From Pirellulaceae bacterium (GTDB lineage Bacteria; Planctomycetota; Planctomycetia; Pirellulales; Pirellulaceae), in contig JBGSOM010000126.1 of the NCBI GenBank assembly GCA_041739135.1, positions 486 to 64,485 on the forward strand: a stretch of DNA of 64,000 nt, given 5' to 3'. Each line of letters starts with the position of its first letter. Position 1 is the first letter of the stretch. Both the position numbers and the translations under genes were made by a program. The notes beneath the pieces were generated by a model, which had not been told where the DNA came from, made no database searches, and saw only the letters and a program-made list of their open reading frames with translations. Positions 1-9,785 of this stretch are shown piece by piece.

Positions 1-1347
1 GCGGCGGCAGAGCAAGTGATGCATCGAGCTCTTGAGGGCTTGCCGCATTTCGCACCGAAGGCCAAGTCGATCATCTATCTGCACATGAACGGCGGTCCTT
101 CGCAGATCGATATGTGGGACTACAAGCCGGTCCTCAATGATTACTTTGATAAGGATTTGCCAGATTCGATTCGCATGGGGCAGCGGATCACGACGATGAC
201 GAGCGGTCAGAAGCGGTTGCCGGTCGCGTCGAGCAAATTCAAGTTCAAGCAATACGGCGAGTGCGGTCGTTGGGTCAGTGAGTTGCTGCCTCATACGGCT
301 CAATTGGTCGATGACATTGCAGTGGTGAAGACGGTTCACACGAATGCGATCAACCACGATCCAGCTTGTACGTTTGTGATGACCGGCAGTGAGATTCCGG
401 GCAAGGCGAGCCTCGGAAGTTGGCTGGCGTACGGTTTGGGGAGCGAGAGCAATGACTTGCCGGCTTTCATTGTGCTGACGCCCAGTTGGTCGGCGAAAGC
501 GGCGGCTCAAGCGCTGTTCACGCGGATGTGGAGCAGCGGTTTCTTGCCGACGCGATTCAATGGAGTTGCGTTGCGTAGCGGTGGCGATCCGGTGCTGTAC
601 TTGCCCAATCCGCCTGGCGTGACTCGCGACGACCGCCGCGCGATGCTCGATTCGCTGGCCAGCTTGAATCAACATCGCTTCAATCAGTTGGGCGACCCTG
701 AGATTCAAACTCGGATCGCGCAGTACGAGATGGCTTTTCGGATGCAGAAGAGTGTGCCCGAGCTGACGGACTGGCGCGACGAGAGTGAAGCGACTCTGGA
801 GATGTATGGACCAGCGGTGAAGGAACCGGGCACGTTTGCAGCGAGCGCTTTGCTAGCGCGGCGGTTGGTGGAGCGCGGCGTGCGCGTCGTGCAGTTGTTG
901 CATCGCGGTTGGGATCAGCATGGAAACATTGCGGGTGACTTGCCAGCTCAGTGCGGCGACATTGATCAACCCACGGCGGCTTTGATTCGTGATTTGAAGC
1001 AACGCGGTTTGCTGGATTCGACTTTGATTGTGTGGGGCGGCGAGTTCGGAAGGACTGTTTATTGCCAAGGTGGTTTGACGCGAGAGAATTACGGCCGCGA
1101 TCATCATCCGAGATGTTTCACGATGTGGATGGCTGGCGGTGGCATTCGCGGCGGCGTGTCAGTCGGCGAGACCGATGACTTCAGTTACAACATCGCTGAG
1201 CGGCCGGTGCATATCAACGATTTCAACGCGACCATTTTGCAGTGCTTGGGGATCGCACATGAAAAATTCACTTTCCAGTCCCAGGGCTTGGATCAAAGAT
1301 TGACTGGAGTTGAACCTGCTTCACCCGTGAAGGAGTTGTTGGCTTAG
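1..1347 (+). CDS. DUF1501 domain-containing protein (sulfatase/alkaline-phosphatase-like fold), 5' end cut by window edge
   Basis: Frame 1 is open from nt 1 (track ORF 16..1347). [30 protein letters not shown] near the N-terminus and [21 protein letters not shown] near the C-terminus match the DUF1501 family as I remember it. The usual twin-arginine leader would lie upstream of the window. Confidence 0.8.
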   Translation, partial: AAAEQVMHRALEGLPHFAPKAKSIIYLHMNGGPSQIDMWDYKPVLNDYFDKDLPDSIRMGQRITTMTSGQKRLPVASSKFKFKQYGECGRWVSELLPHTAQLVDDIAVVKTVHTNAINHDPACTFVMTGSEIPGKASLGSWLAYGLGSESNDLPAFIVLTPSWSAKAAAQALFTRMWSSGFLPTRFNGVALRSGGDPVLYLPNPPGVTRDDRRAMLDSLASLNQHRFNQLGDPEIQTRIAQYEMAFRMQKSVPELTDWRDESEATLEMYGPAVKEPGTFAASALLARRLVERGVRVVQLLHRGWDQHGNIAGDLPAQCGDIDQPTAALIRDLKQRGLLDSTLIVWGGEFGRTVYCQGGLTRENYGRDHHPRCFTMWMAGGGIRGGVSVGETDDFSYNIAERPVHINDFNATILQCLGIAHEKFTFQSQGLDQRLTGVEPASPVKELLA

Positions 1348-1544
1348 GCTTGTAAGCAGTTTCATTGGAGTCGCTTTCTTGCGCTGTCCATAGGCCCAAG
1401 GGGCTGGCCGTGAAAACAGCAGCGCCGCAGGCCAAAGCAATGCACTTCCAATTACCTGCAAATGATGAGTTCATTGACTGTCGGCTACGGTCGAGAGTTA
1501 ACGCTGGGTTGTGAGTTTAGAGATCGTGGCTTAAGCTCTTCTGC

Positions 1545-3032
1545 ATGAAAATCGAACAACTTTCCGCTGTTGAACTGGGTCGCAAAATCGCTTCGCGCGA
1601 GCTTTCTAGCCGCGAAGTGACTGAGCATTTTCTTTCTCGCATAACGGCTGGCGATAAGGCGGTCAATGCGTTCACTTACACAGCGGGCGAACGTGCGCTG
1701 GCGGACGCTGAGCAAGCGGACCAGCAGATCGCTGATGGCAGGTTAGCTGGACCGTTGGCCGGCGTGCCGGTGGCGATTAAAGATGTCTTGTGTACGGTGG
1801 GTTCGCCGACGACTTGCGGCTCACGGATGCTGCAGAACTTCAAAGCTCCGTATGTGGCCACGGCGGTGAAAAAGTTGCTCGACGGCGGCTTGGTGATGCT
1901 GGGCAAGACGAATATGGACGAGTTCGCGATGGGGGGCAGCACGGAGACCAGCGTCTTCGGGGTGACTCGAAATCCCTGGTCGCTGGAGCGAACGCCGGGC
2001 GGATCGAGCGGCGGGGCGGCGGCGGCTTTGGCGGGCGGGATGATTCCGCTGTCGATCGGTTCGGACACGGGTGGTTCGGTGCGTCAGCCGGCAGCGTTTT
2101 GTGGCGTATGTGGATTGAAGCCGACTTACGGTCGAGTGAGTCGATCTGGGTTGGTGGCGTTTGCGAGCAGCTTGGATCAGGTCGGACCGCTGGCTCATCA
2201 CGTTGAAGATCTGGCGGCTTGTTTGGAGTTGTTGGCGGGCCACGATCCGCTGGACAGTACTTCGTTAAAAGCGGAAGTGCCGAAGTACACCGAGTCGTTG
2301 AACCAGCCGTTGAAGGGACTGCGCGTTGGAGTGATTCGCGAGCACGTGGAGCACGAAGCGCTTGATAATCAGATTCGCGACGCGGTTTTGGCTAGTCAAA
2401 AAATGCTTGAGAGTCTTGGAGCATCGATTGTTGAAGTGCACTTGCCGCACACCGCGTATTCAGTAGCCACCTATTATTTGGTTGCGCCGAGCGAAGCCAG
2501 TAGCAATTTGTCGCGTTATGACGGAGTTCATTACGGCTACCGCGCGATGGGCGATGCAAAATCGGAATCGCCGCTGGACGCCATGATTGCTCGCAGCCGC
2601 AGCGAAGGGTTTGGTCCAGAGGTCAAACGCCGTATCATGCTGGGTACGTTCGCGCTCAGTGCTGGTTACTACGACGCGTACTACAAGAAGGCCTTGCAGG
2701 TCCGCCGGATGATTGCGGACGACTATGCGAAAGCATTTGCGGAAGTGGACTTGTTGCTGGGTCCAGTGACGCCCACACCGGCTTTTAAGATCGGCGAGAA
2801 GACGGGTGACCCGGTGCAGATGTACTTGGGTGATTTGTTTACCGTGGGGGCGAACTTAGCGGGCATACCGGCGATTTCTATTCCGGCTGGATTTACGGTC
2901 GACGGGCTGCCGCTCGCGATTCAGTTAGAAGGTCCGGCCCTGGGCGAAGCGAAGTTGCTCAACGTGGCTTTCCAGCTTCAGCGGGCTGGTCTGTTCACTC
3001 CGCAGTTGCCCGAGCTGCGAGTGAGTGCCTAA
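1545..3032 (+). CDS. gatA: Asp-tRNA(Asn)/Glu-tRNA(Gln) amidotransferase subunit A
   Basis: 495 aa with ATG at 1545. Amidase signature GGSSGGAAAALAGG plus KDVLCTVGSPTTCGS and GKTNMDEFAMG. Length and N-terminus (ELSSREVTEHFLSRI) are typical of GatA. Confidence 0.92.
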   Translation: MKIEQLSAVELGRKIASRELSSREVTEHFLSRITAGDKAVNAFTYTAGERALADAEQADQQIADGRLAGPLAGVPVAIKDVLCTVGSPTTCGSRMLQNFKAPYVATAVKKLLDGGLVMLGKTNMDEFAMGGSTETSVFGVTRNPWSLERTPGGSSGGAAAALAGGMIPLSIGSDTGGSVRQPAAFCGVCGLKPTYGRVSRSGLVAFASSLDQVGPLAHHVEDLAACLELLAGHDPLDSTSLKAEVPKYTESLNQPLKGLRVGVIREHVEHEALDNQIRDAVLASQKMLESLGASIVEVHLPHTAYSVATYYLVAPSEASSNLSRYDGVHYGYRAMGDAKSESPLDAMIARSRSEGFGPEVKRRIMLGTFALSAGYYDAYYKKALQVRRMIADDYAKAFAEVDLLLGPVTPTPAFKIGEKTGDPVQMYLGDLFTVGANLAGIPAISIPAGFTVDGLPLAIQLEGPALGEAKLLNVAFQLQRAGLFTPQLPELRVSA

Positions 3033-3144
3033 TGCATGCGAGGTATGCGTGCCAGGTATCTCGTCAGTCTATTCGGGCACTAGTAGAATGAGTTAGTTAA
3101 AAACAACTCCGAACCTATTGAATATGTCTTAGAGGATAAATCGA

Positions 3145-3738
3145 ATGAGTGTTCTTGTTACCAAGCCTGCACCGAACTTCAAAGCTCAAGCTGTAATGGA
3201 AGATGGTTCGTTCAAGGAGATTAGCTTGAGCGATTATCAGGGCAAGTATGTGGTGCTGTTTTTCTATCCGCTCGATTTTACGTTCGTTTGCCCCACTGAA
3301 ATCATCGCTTTTTCGGATCGTGCCGCAGAGTTCTCGAAGCTGGGCGTGCAACTGATCGGTGTGAGCGTTGATAGCCACTTTTCGCATCTTGCGTGGCGCA
3401 ACACACCGCGCGATCAAGGCGGTTTGGGAAATATCGATTACCCGCTGGTAGCGGATTTGAGCAAGCAAATTTCCCGCGACTACGACGTCTTGATCGGTGA
3501 GACGGTGGCTCTGCGCGGACTGTTCCTGATCGATCAGAAGGGTGTCGTACGCCATCAAACGGTGAACGATTTGCCGCTGGGTCGCAGCGTGGATGAAGCG
3601 TTGCGTTTGGTTCAGGCGCTGCAATTCTTCGAGAAGAACGGCGAAGTTTGCCCAGCAAACTGGAAAGAGGGAGCTCGCACGATCAAGCCGACGGTGAACG
3701 ACAGTAAGTCATTCTTCCGAGCTGAGTACGCTTCGTAG
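3145..3738 (+). CDS. Typical 2-Cys peroxiredoxin (AhpC/Prx1 subfamily)
   Basis: 197 aa. Peroxidatic Cys motif [14 protein letters not shown] and resolving Cys motif [14 protein letters not shown] Shine-Dalgarno-like box lies 8 nt upstream of the ATG. Confidence 0.93.
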   Translation: MSVLVTKPAPNFKAQAVMEDGSFKEISLSDYQGKYVVLFFYPLDFTFVCPTEIIAFSDRAAEFSKLGVQLIGVSVDSHFSHLAWRNTPRDQGGLGNIDYPLVADLSKQISRDYDVLIGETVALRGLFLIDQKGVVRHQTVNDLPLGRSVDEALRLVQALQFFEKNGEVCPANWKEGARTIKPTVNDSKSFFRAEYAS

Positions 3739-3780
3739 TCTTAGTAGGCTTTGTAGTCTGGGCTGTCGCGAGACATTTGA

Positions 3781-3808
3781 GCACGAGTCACTCCGCTGTG
3801 ACTCGTGC
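3781..3808 (+). terminator. Perfect hairpin downstream of the peroxiredoxin gene (putative terminator, no U-tract)
   Basis: GCACGAGTCAC-TCCGCT-GTGACTCGTGC gives an 11-bp perfect stem and 6-nt loop, 43 nt after the stop codon. It is not followed by a T-run. Confidence 0.45.
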
Positions 3809-4433
3809 ATTCCGAGACTAAATCGCAAGCCTAAAACGGCAGTGGCACACACACTGCGTAAAGCGCCTAAACGCTCGACACATTTTGCCCCGGCGTATGC
3901 CACTGCCTGTTGATCCAGTAACGGCGATGTGTCTAATCGCCGTAGAGTTCGAGCAAAAAATACAAATCACTCGTTCTTTGCACTTTCATTTGAACCTGAA
4001 AGTAGTATCGCCCGAACTGAGTACATACCTTTGGGCGAACGTGCGCCAATCACGAGCCTGTTTTTTGGTAGTTTCCACAACCGGCAAACCGCTGTCCAAA
4101 TGCATGAAGGAGCTTTTTGCTTCCCCAAATTGCTGATAAAGGTGACTTAGAGGTTATTAACTTGCTGTTAAGATTCGTTTTTAAAAACCACCCTTTTGAT
4201 TGGGCGATGACGGGGAATGGCAACAAAGTTTGACCGAGTTGTGAGTGTAAAGACGCGTTGAGAACCGCTGCCGCTGAGCCTGGGCGGATGTGGTTGAGTG
4301 AGATATAACAGAAGACCGTTGTGCGGCAGAACTTCTTTCACAACGGCACTTCGGCGAGCGATGATTTGGCAGTTAGCCGTTTACAGGTACTCGCTTTCAT
4401 CGCTTGCGCTCTCAACTGGGCAAACGCCGATCT

Positions 4434-6125
4434 ATGCAACCAATTGATCCAACGATTGAACGTCAGCGACTTCGACGTCGCACATTCGCAATCATCTCTC
4501 ACCCAGATGCGGGCAAAACAACGCTGACTGAAAAACTGTTGCTTTTTGGCGGTTCGATTGAGATCGCCGGCGCAGTGCGCGGCCGCAAGGCTCAGAAGTC
4601 TGCGACGTCGGATTGGATGGAGTTGGAGAAGCAGCGTGGGATCTCGGTCAGTTCCACTGTGCTGACGTTTGAGTTCGATGGTTGCCAAGTCAATCTGCTC
4701 GACACGCCCGGTCACCATGACTTTAGTGAAGATACGTACCGCACGTTGATGGCTGCGGACGCGGCGGTGATGGTCATCGATTTGGCGAAAGGTGTCGAAG
4801 CGCAAACTGAGAAGCTTTTTCGCGTGTGTGCGCTGCGCAAGATTCCGGTGCTAACGTTCGTTAACAAAGTCGATCGCACTGGACTATCACCGCTGCAAGT
4901 ACTTGACGACATCGAGCGCAAGTTTTCAATCGAAGCAGTTCCGCAAACGTGGCCGATTGGTACGGGAGCGGACTTTTGCGGATTCGTCGATCTGCTTGAC
5001 GAGCAAGTGCATCTGTTTCAGCAGCGCGATAGTGCGCGGCGAATCCAATCGACGAAGTTGACTTGGGCTGAGTTCGCGGAGGAGCACGCGTCGATTGCGC
5101 CGGTTCAAACGGGAGCGACCGCGCATATGCGTTCTTTCAACACGGAGACGCTTGTTAAGTCGGTGCATGAAGAGATTGAATTGGTGCAGATGGCGGGTGC
5201 GACGCTTGAGCACGAACGTTTTTTGCGTGGCGAGCAGACTCCGGTTTACTTCGGTAGCGCGCTCACGAACTTCGGTGTGGAACATTTCCTGCGAGGCTTT
5301 TTGCGATTGTGTCCGCCGCCCGCAGATCGGCTGAGCAATCTTGGTCCTGTGCCGGCAAGTCGCCCTGACTTTGCTGGGTTTATCTTTAAGATTCAAGCGA
5401 ACTTGGATCCGCGGCATCGCGATCGCGTTGCGTTTGTGCGCGTATGTGCTGGAAGGTTTGAACGCGACATGGAAGTCACGGTCACGCGCAGTGGCAAGAA
5501 GATCCGAGTACCGCGGGCGCTGCGGATTTTTGGGCAGGATCGTCAAACGATGGAAGAGGCGTTTCCGGGCGACATCATCGGGGTGATTTGCCCAGGTGAG
5601 TTTCAGTTGGGTGATACGTTATGCCAAGGAACTCCGATTCATTACGAAGCTCTTCCTCAGTTTTCGCCTGAATTCTTCGCAGTGCTGGATTGCCCGGATA
5701 CATCGCGGCGCAAGCAGTTTGACCGCGGACTATCGCAGTTGGTAGAAGAGGGAGCGATTCAAGTCTTTCATGACGCGCGATCAACTCGGCGCGAGATGAT
5801 CTTGGCGGCGGTTGGTGAATTGCAGTTTGATGTGGTGCGATTCCGATTGGAGAGCGAATACAACACGCCGACGACGTTGAGTCTGCGACCGTTTAAGCTT
5901 GCGCGGTGGATCAATGTCACCGCCGATCAGTTGGGAACGTTGAAGTTGCCTTATGCGGCGAAGTTAGTGAAGGATCAGTACGGTCATTATGCTGTTCTAC
6001 TTCAGTCAGAATGGGATGTGCAGCACGTCGAGCGCGAGAACCCCAAAGTTCGCTTTGATGCCATCCGTGTTTCAAGTTTCGAACAAGCGATTGCTGAGCG
6101 GTCAGCCGAAACAACGGTACTTTAA
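4434..6125 (+). CDS. prfC: Peptide chain release factor 3 (translational GTPase)
   Basis: G1 motif AIISHPDAGKTT, G3 DTPGHHDF and G4 NKVD. ATG at 4434 leaves 14 residues before RRTFAIISHPDAGKTT, as in E. coli RF3. The track ORF start at 4404 is a TTG 30 nt upstream. Confidence 0.92.
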   Translation: MQPIDPTIERQRLRRRTFAIISHPDAGKTTLTEKLLLFGGSIEIAGAVRGRKAQKSATSDWMELEKQRGISVSSTVLTFEFDGCQVNLLDTPGHHDFSEDTYRTLMAADAAVMVIDLAKGVEAQTEKLFRVCALRKIPVLTFVNKVDRTGLSPLQVLDDIERKFSIEAVPQTWPIGTGADFCGFVDLLDEQVHLFQQRDSARRIQSTKLTWAEFAEEHASIAPVQTGATAHMRSFNTETLVKSVHEEIELVQMAGATLEHERFLRGEQTPVYFGSALTNFGVEHFLRGFLRLCPPPADRLSNLGPVPASRPDFAGFIFKIQANLDPRHRDRVAFVRVCAGRFERDMEVTVTRSGKKIRVPRALRIFGQDRQTMEEAFPGDIIGVICPGEFQLGDTLCQGTPIHYEALPQFSPEFFAVLDCPDTSRRKQFDRGLSQLVEEGAIQVFHDARSTRREMILAAVGELQFDVVRFRLESEYNTPTTLSLRPFKLARWINVTADQLGTLKLPYAAKLVKDQYGHYAVLLQSEWDVQHVERENPKVRFDAIRVSSFEQAIAERSAETTVL

Positions 6126-6141
6126 CCACGTGGGCAACGCT

Positions 6142-6167
6142 CCGCGTTTGGGCTGCTGCAAACGCGG
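6142..6167 (+). terminator. Hairpin after prfC (putative terminator)
   Basis: CCGCGTTTG-GGCTGCTG-CAAACGCGG gives a 9-bp perfect stem, 17 nt after the prfC stop. A TTTTTT run follows about 25 nt later (6192-6197). Confidence 0.45.
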
Positions 6168-6332
6168 CCCGTTGGGCACGCGGTTAAACGAGGCGTTTTT
6201 TACATCGATGCATTGTGTTCCATAACGCGTGTTTATTTGCTTGCTCGCGACATAAAACTGTGAGAGACTTCGAAGTGTGAGGCGGTGCGTTAAACGGAGT
6301 TCAACTGTTTACACTTTCGGGGAGTCAGTTTT

Positions 6333-7088
6333 ATGAGATGCGCGACGTTGTGGTTGGGTATGAGTTGGCAGGTGGTGTTGCTCGTCGGAACCTGCTTCGC
6401 TCAAGAAGCAAAAAAGTCAGACGTGATAGAAGCGGAGAAGCTACCTCCCGCTGCAGCGATTCAAGCTGCGGAGCCTGTTCCGCGGATATTGCCACCGCAA
6501 GCAGTCCAGGGGTTCCAAGCGATCCCGATGATGCGCATGGCGCCCGCGATGCCTGTGCGATTGAGCAGCGGTTTACCCTTCGATTTAGGGAACTTGGTGC
6601 TGGCTAAGTATGACGATGCCCCGAAAGGTCCGCAGATCATTGCGTTGATGGAACAGACGCGAATGGAAAAGAGAACAGTGACGATCACAAAATTTCAACA
6701 AGAAATTCGAACTCGCAAGGTGACAGTTACAGGTGTCGATGGTAAACAGAAGCAAGTGGACCAAGAATATACAGTCTCCGTGCCGGTGTCGCAGGATATC
6801 GAACGTGAAGTGTCGGTTCCCGTGGGCAAAAAGCCGACCGCGTTGCCGTTCGATACTCTGAAAGTCCATCGACTGGATGGCAGCAAAGTCACGGCTAAGG
6901 AGGCGAAAACGTTGCTGGAGAAGACAACGCCGGTCTTTCTGCTGAAGGGGTACACGGGCGAAATCAAGGCGGTTGAAGGCGTGTACTTGCAAGCGATCAA
7001 TCCGAATTGCTTGATCGTTGTGACGGAGCCGGATCCTGCAGCGCTACCGCCAGCGCCGCGCATCATCGACGACCCTTTCGCTGAATAG
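6333..7088 (+). CDS. Hypothetical secreted protein (signal peptide, Pro/Ala-rich linker)
   Basis: 251 aa. GGGGAG box 8 nt upstream of the ATG. N-terminal hydrophobic leader ends in CFAQE. I recognise no family motif. Confidence 0.6.
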   Translation: MRCATLWLGMSWQVVLLVGTCFAQEAKKSDVIEAEKLPPAAAIQAAEPVPRILPPQAVQGFQAIPMMRMAPAMPVRLSSGLPFDLGNLVLAKYDDAPKGPQIIALMEQTRMEKRTVTITKFQQEIRTRKVTVTGVDGKQKQVDQEYTVSVPVSQDIEREVSVPVGKKPTALPFDTLKVHRLDGSKVTAKEAKTLLEKTTPVFLLKGYTGEIKAVEGVYLQAINPNCLIVVTEPDPAALPPAPRIIDDPFAE

Positions 7089-7100
7089 CGATGAGGGAAC

Positions 7101-7379
7101 TTAGAGTGAACGATCAGGGATCTCTGGCTTAGGCAAGTCTGAGTGCGAATCGGCGGGCGATTTCTTATGCTTAGAACGCCATGAGACCATTTTGCGCAGA
7201 GTCGGCGTAAGTAATCCCATCCCATAACCGATGGCTAGAGTGCTGATAAGCAGAGCAGCTTGAGGGAGATGAAAACTCCATGCGAGTACGCGGACTTCGA
7301 TCGATTCGATGTTTTGAAAGATAACGATCAAGCTAAGTAGCAATAGTATCGCGAGCAGGATCCACTTGAGCTTGTTCAT
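7101..7379 (-). CDS. LapA/DUF1049-like small inner-membrane protein
   Basis: 92 aa. MNKLKWILLAILLLLSLIVIFQNIESIEVRVLAWSFHLPQAALLISTLAIGYGMGLL shows the two-TM pattern with the FxQN...V.F motif typical of DUF1049. It lies 15 nt downstream of the 81-aa gene on the same strand. Confidence 0.6.
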   Translation of the reverse strand: MNKLKWILLAILLLLSLIVIFQNIESIEVRVLAWSFHLPQAALLISTLAIGYGMGLLTPTLRKMVSWRSKHKKSPADSHSDLPKPEIPDRSL

Positions 7380-7394
7380 TGTGGCGATCTCAGA

Positions 7395-7640
7395 TTAGGG
7401 CTTAGGCGGCTTCAGAGGTTGGCGGAAGGTGGCGCCGACGGGCACTACATGCGTTGGGCCGGTAATGATCGGTGCGGCGCCGGGTGGGATTTCGATCCGC
7501 ATTCCGATGGAACCGTAACAGTGATTGAACTGTTCGATGAAATCCTGCAACTCTTCATCGGGCAGGCAGACTGCGCCCACAATGATCGCATCTTGGCGGA
7601 TGACACCTGTAAGAGGTTCCCGACTGAAACTGGACGACAT
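7395..7640 (-). CDS. Hypothetical 81-aa protein
   Basis: ATG-initiated ORF immediately upstream of the LapA-like gene and probably co-transcribed with it. No recognisable motif. Confidence 0.4.
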   Translation of the reverse strand: MSSSFSREPLTGVIRQDAIIVGAVCLPDEELQDFIEQFNHCYGSIGMRIEIPPGAAPIITGPTHVVPVGATFRQPLKPPKP

Positions 7641-7711
7641 AGGTTTTTCCGATTGCGGCTAGCAAATGGTGTTCGCTGCCTGGCGCGCGGTAAGCGGTGA
7701 CAAGTTGCAGT

Positions 7712-7765
7712 CAGTATGTGAATTCAAGCAAGTCTGTGGAATCAAGGAAGTGTGTGGAATCAAGG
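7712..7765. repeat. 18-bp tandem direct repeat, about 3 units (candidate operator)
   Basis: AAGTCTGTGGAATCAAGG (7730-7747) and AAGTGTGTGGAATCAAGG (7748-7765) are 17/18 identical. A degenerate unit CAGTATGTGAATTCAAGC (7712-7729, 13/18) precedes them. Confidence 0.8.
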
Positions 7766-8275
7766 TGTCGGGGCCGAGTCAAAGTTTAGGCAGATCAAAG
7801 ACTCAATCGCCAGCGCCAGCGAATGGGCGGTGGCGAAAGTCATTCTAGCGATTCCCAGATTTCCACCAAGAGAAAAAACAACCGTAATGGAAGTTATTTA
7901 CCCGGTAGAATGGCAGCCCGAGCGTCGTTCGAGGTCATTAGCGGCACAAACAGCTCCATCAGGGATTGCGTTTGGCAAATAAGCTGATATCCTGGGACTT
8001 GCTGTTGGTGAACTGAGCCCGTACGTACTTTCCCGCATGCAGCCGACTTTGGTCTTCGAATGGTAGCCGTAGACCGCAGTTGGCCGAGTTTTAAGATATA
8101 GGCTCGTTCGCTCAGTACAAAACTAGCTGCCATTCCCCGCCTGACTTGCCGACGTGTGAAGACGATTTGCCAACAGCGATGACTTTTCCAAAGTGTGGTA
8201 CCCTCTGCCGCACGATTCGACTTCACACGTCGTCCCTTTCCTTCGCGGCGAACCCATTTTCCAGTGGGAGTATCG

Positions 8276-9613
8276 ATGACTGATTCGGTCGCAAAAAAGA
8301 ATGATGAAGTAGCCTCTGCCAGCCGGCGCGACTTTATCAAAGGTTCGTCGATGTTGTTGGCTGGTGGTGCGATTCCTGGATCGCTGCCTGCGAAATCGTT
8401 GACGGCATCGAGCAGTGATCGACCCATTCGCGTGGCTCTCGTCGGTTGTGGCGTTCGTGGCACGGCACTCGCCATCCAAGCCTTAAATCCGCTGCATGGC
8501 GAAGTTCGATTGATAGCGGTCGCCGACGTTTTCGAAGATCGGCTTCAGCAGGCGATGCGTGCGCTGCGAAGCTGTCCGAATCGCGATCGCGTTGAAGTGG
8601 ACTCACAACGCCGCTACGTGGGCCTGGAGTCTTATCGCAAAGTAATGGAAAGCGACGCAGACTTGGTTATCCTCGCGGCGCCGCCGGGATTTCGGCCGTT
8701 GCACGTGGTGGCTGCAGTGGCGTCTGGGAAGCATGTGTTCGCAGAGAAACCGGTGGCCATTGATGCCGTAGGCGTGCGTCAGTTTTTGGTGAGTTGCGAA
8801 GCGGCGGCGAAACAGAAAGTGGCTGTGGCGGTTGGCTTGCAGCGCCGTCATGAGCCGGCTTATCAAGCTACGATCACAAAGTTGCAAGACGGTGCGATCG
8901 GGCGAATTAACTTTTGCAGAGCGTATTGGAATCAAGGCGCGAGCTGGTCGCGACCTCGCTCGAAACCGCAAACGGAGCTCGAATATCAACTTCGCAACTG
9001 GAACTACTTTAACTGGCTGTCGGGCGATCACATCGTTGAGCAACATGTGCACAACCTGGACGTCATCAATTGGTTGCTAGACGCGCACCCCGAACGAGCT
9101 CAGGGCATGGGCGGTCGGCAAGTGCGAACAGGAGCTAATTTTGGCGAAGTTTACGATCATCACGCAGTTGAATTTACGTATCGCAGCGGCGTGAGATTGC
9201 TGAGTATGTGTCGGCAGATGCCAAACTGCTGGAATGCGGTCGGCGAGTTCGCGCATGGATCCGAAGGTTGGTCGGACATCGCTGCGGGCAAGATTTTTGA
9301 TCTCGATAATCAGTTGATTTGGCAAGCCGATTCGATGCGGCGCGGGCATGCGAGCGAACTTGAAAATCTGTTTGCGGCTTTACGATCAGGAGTGATTCCG
9401 GCCGAAGGGCATTACGCGGCGGCGAGCACCCTGACGGCGATCATGGGTCGCATGGCGACTTACACAGGCCGCGAAGTGACTTGGTCACAATGCTCGAGCG
9501 ATGCAACTTCGCTGGCGGATGTGAGTGCTTTGCAAACTTTGCACGACACGGCTCCAGTCCAACCTGGTGCCGATGGCCGCTACGAAGTGCCGCAGCCCAG
9601 TGCTGAGCTCTAA
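8276..9613 (+). CDS. Gfo/Idh/MocA-family oxidoreductase with twin-arginine (TAT) signal
   Basis: ATG at 8276 gives MTDSVAKKNDEVASASRRDFIKGSSMLLAGGA, a TAT-type SRRxFxK leader. Rossmann start IRVALVGCGVRG and the family motif FAEKP are present. The track ORF (8195) adds 27 implausible residues. Confidence 0.85.
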   Translation: MTDSVAKKNDEVASASRRDFIKGSSMLLAGGAIPGSLPAKSLTASSSDRPIRVALVGCGVRGTALAIQALNPLHGEVRLIAVADVFEDRLQQAMRALRSCPNRDRVEVDSQRRYVGLESYRKVMESDADLVILAAPPGFRPLHVVAAVASGKHVFAEKPVAIDAVGVRQFLVSCEAAAKQKVAVAVGLQRRHEPAYQATITKLQDGAIGRINFCRAYWNQGASWSRPRSKPQTELEYQLRNWNYFNWLSGDHIVEQHVHNLDVINWLLDAHPERAQGMGGRQVRTGANFGEVYDHHAVEFTYRSGVRLLSMCRQMPNCWNAVGEFAHGSEGWSDIAAGKIFDLDNQLIWQADSMRRGHASELENLFAALRSGVIPAEGHYAAASTLTAIMGRMATYTGREVTWSQCSSDATSLADVSALQTLHDTAPVQPGADGRYEVPQPSAEL

Positions 9614-9785
9614 CTGTGTTCTACTTCGGTCCGGACTGAACCTAGTCGTTGCTGACAATTCGAGTGGCGGCCGCAGCGAGTAAGCATGCGGATGCGGGTG
9701 ATTTTCTGTTAGCGGGTGGTTAGAATAGGGCTCCCGCGAACAGTGATTCACTCACCTCCTCTCCTCCCCGCAAGGATCGATCCGC

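Noticed and set aside
1268-1474. 68-aa minus-strand ORF with a signal-peptide-like hydrophobic stretch in the DUF1501-gatA spacer
   Set aside because: It overlaps the 3' end of the DUF1501 gene by about 80 nt, has no RBS-like context and no motifs. It is too weak to call.
3885-4150. Two overlapping ORFs (83 and 73 aa) in the prx-prfC spacer
   Set aside because: They are mutually exclusive frames in an AT-rich stretch, with no motifs or start context. I report the region as a non-coding oddity instead.
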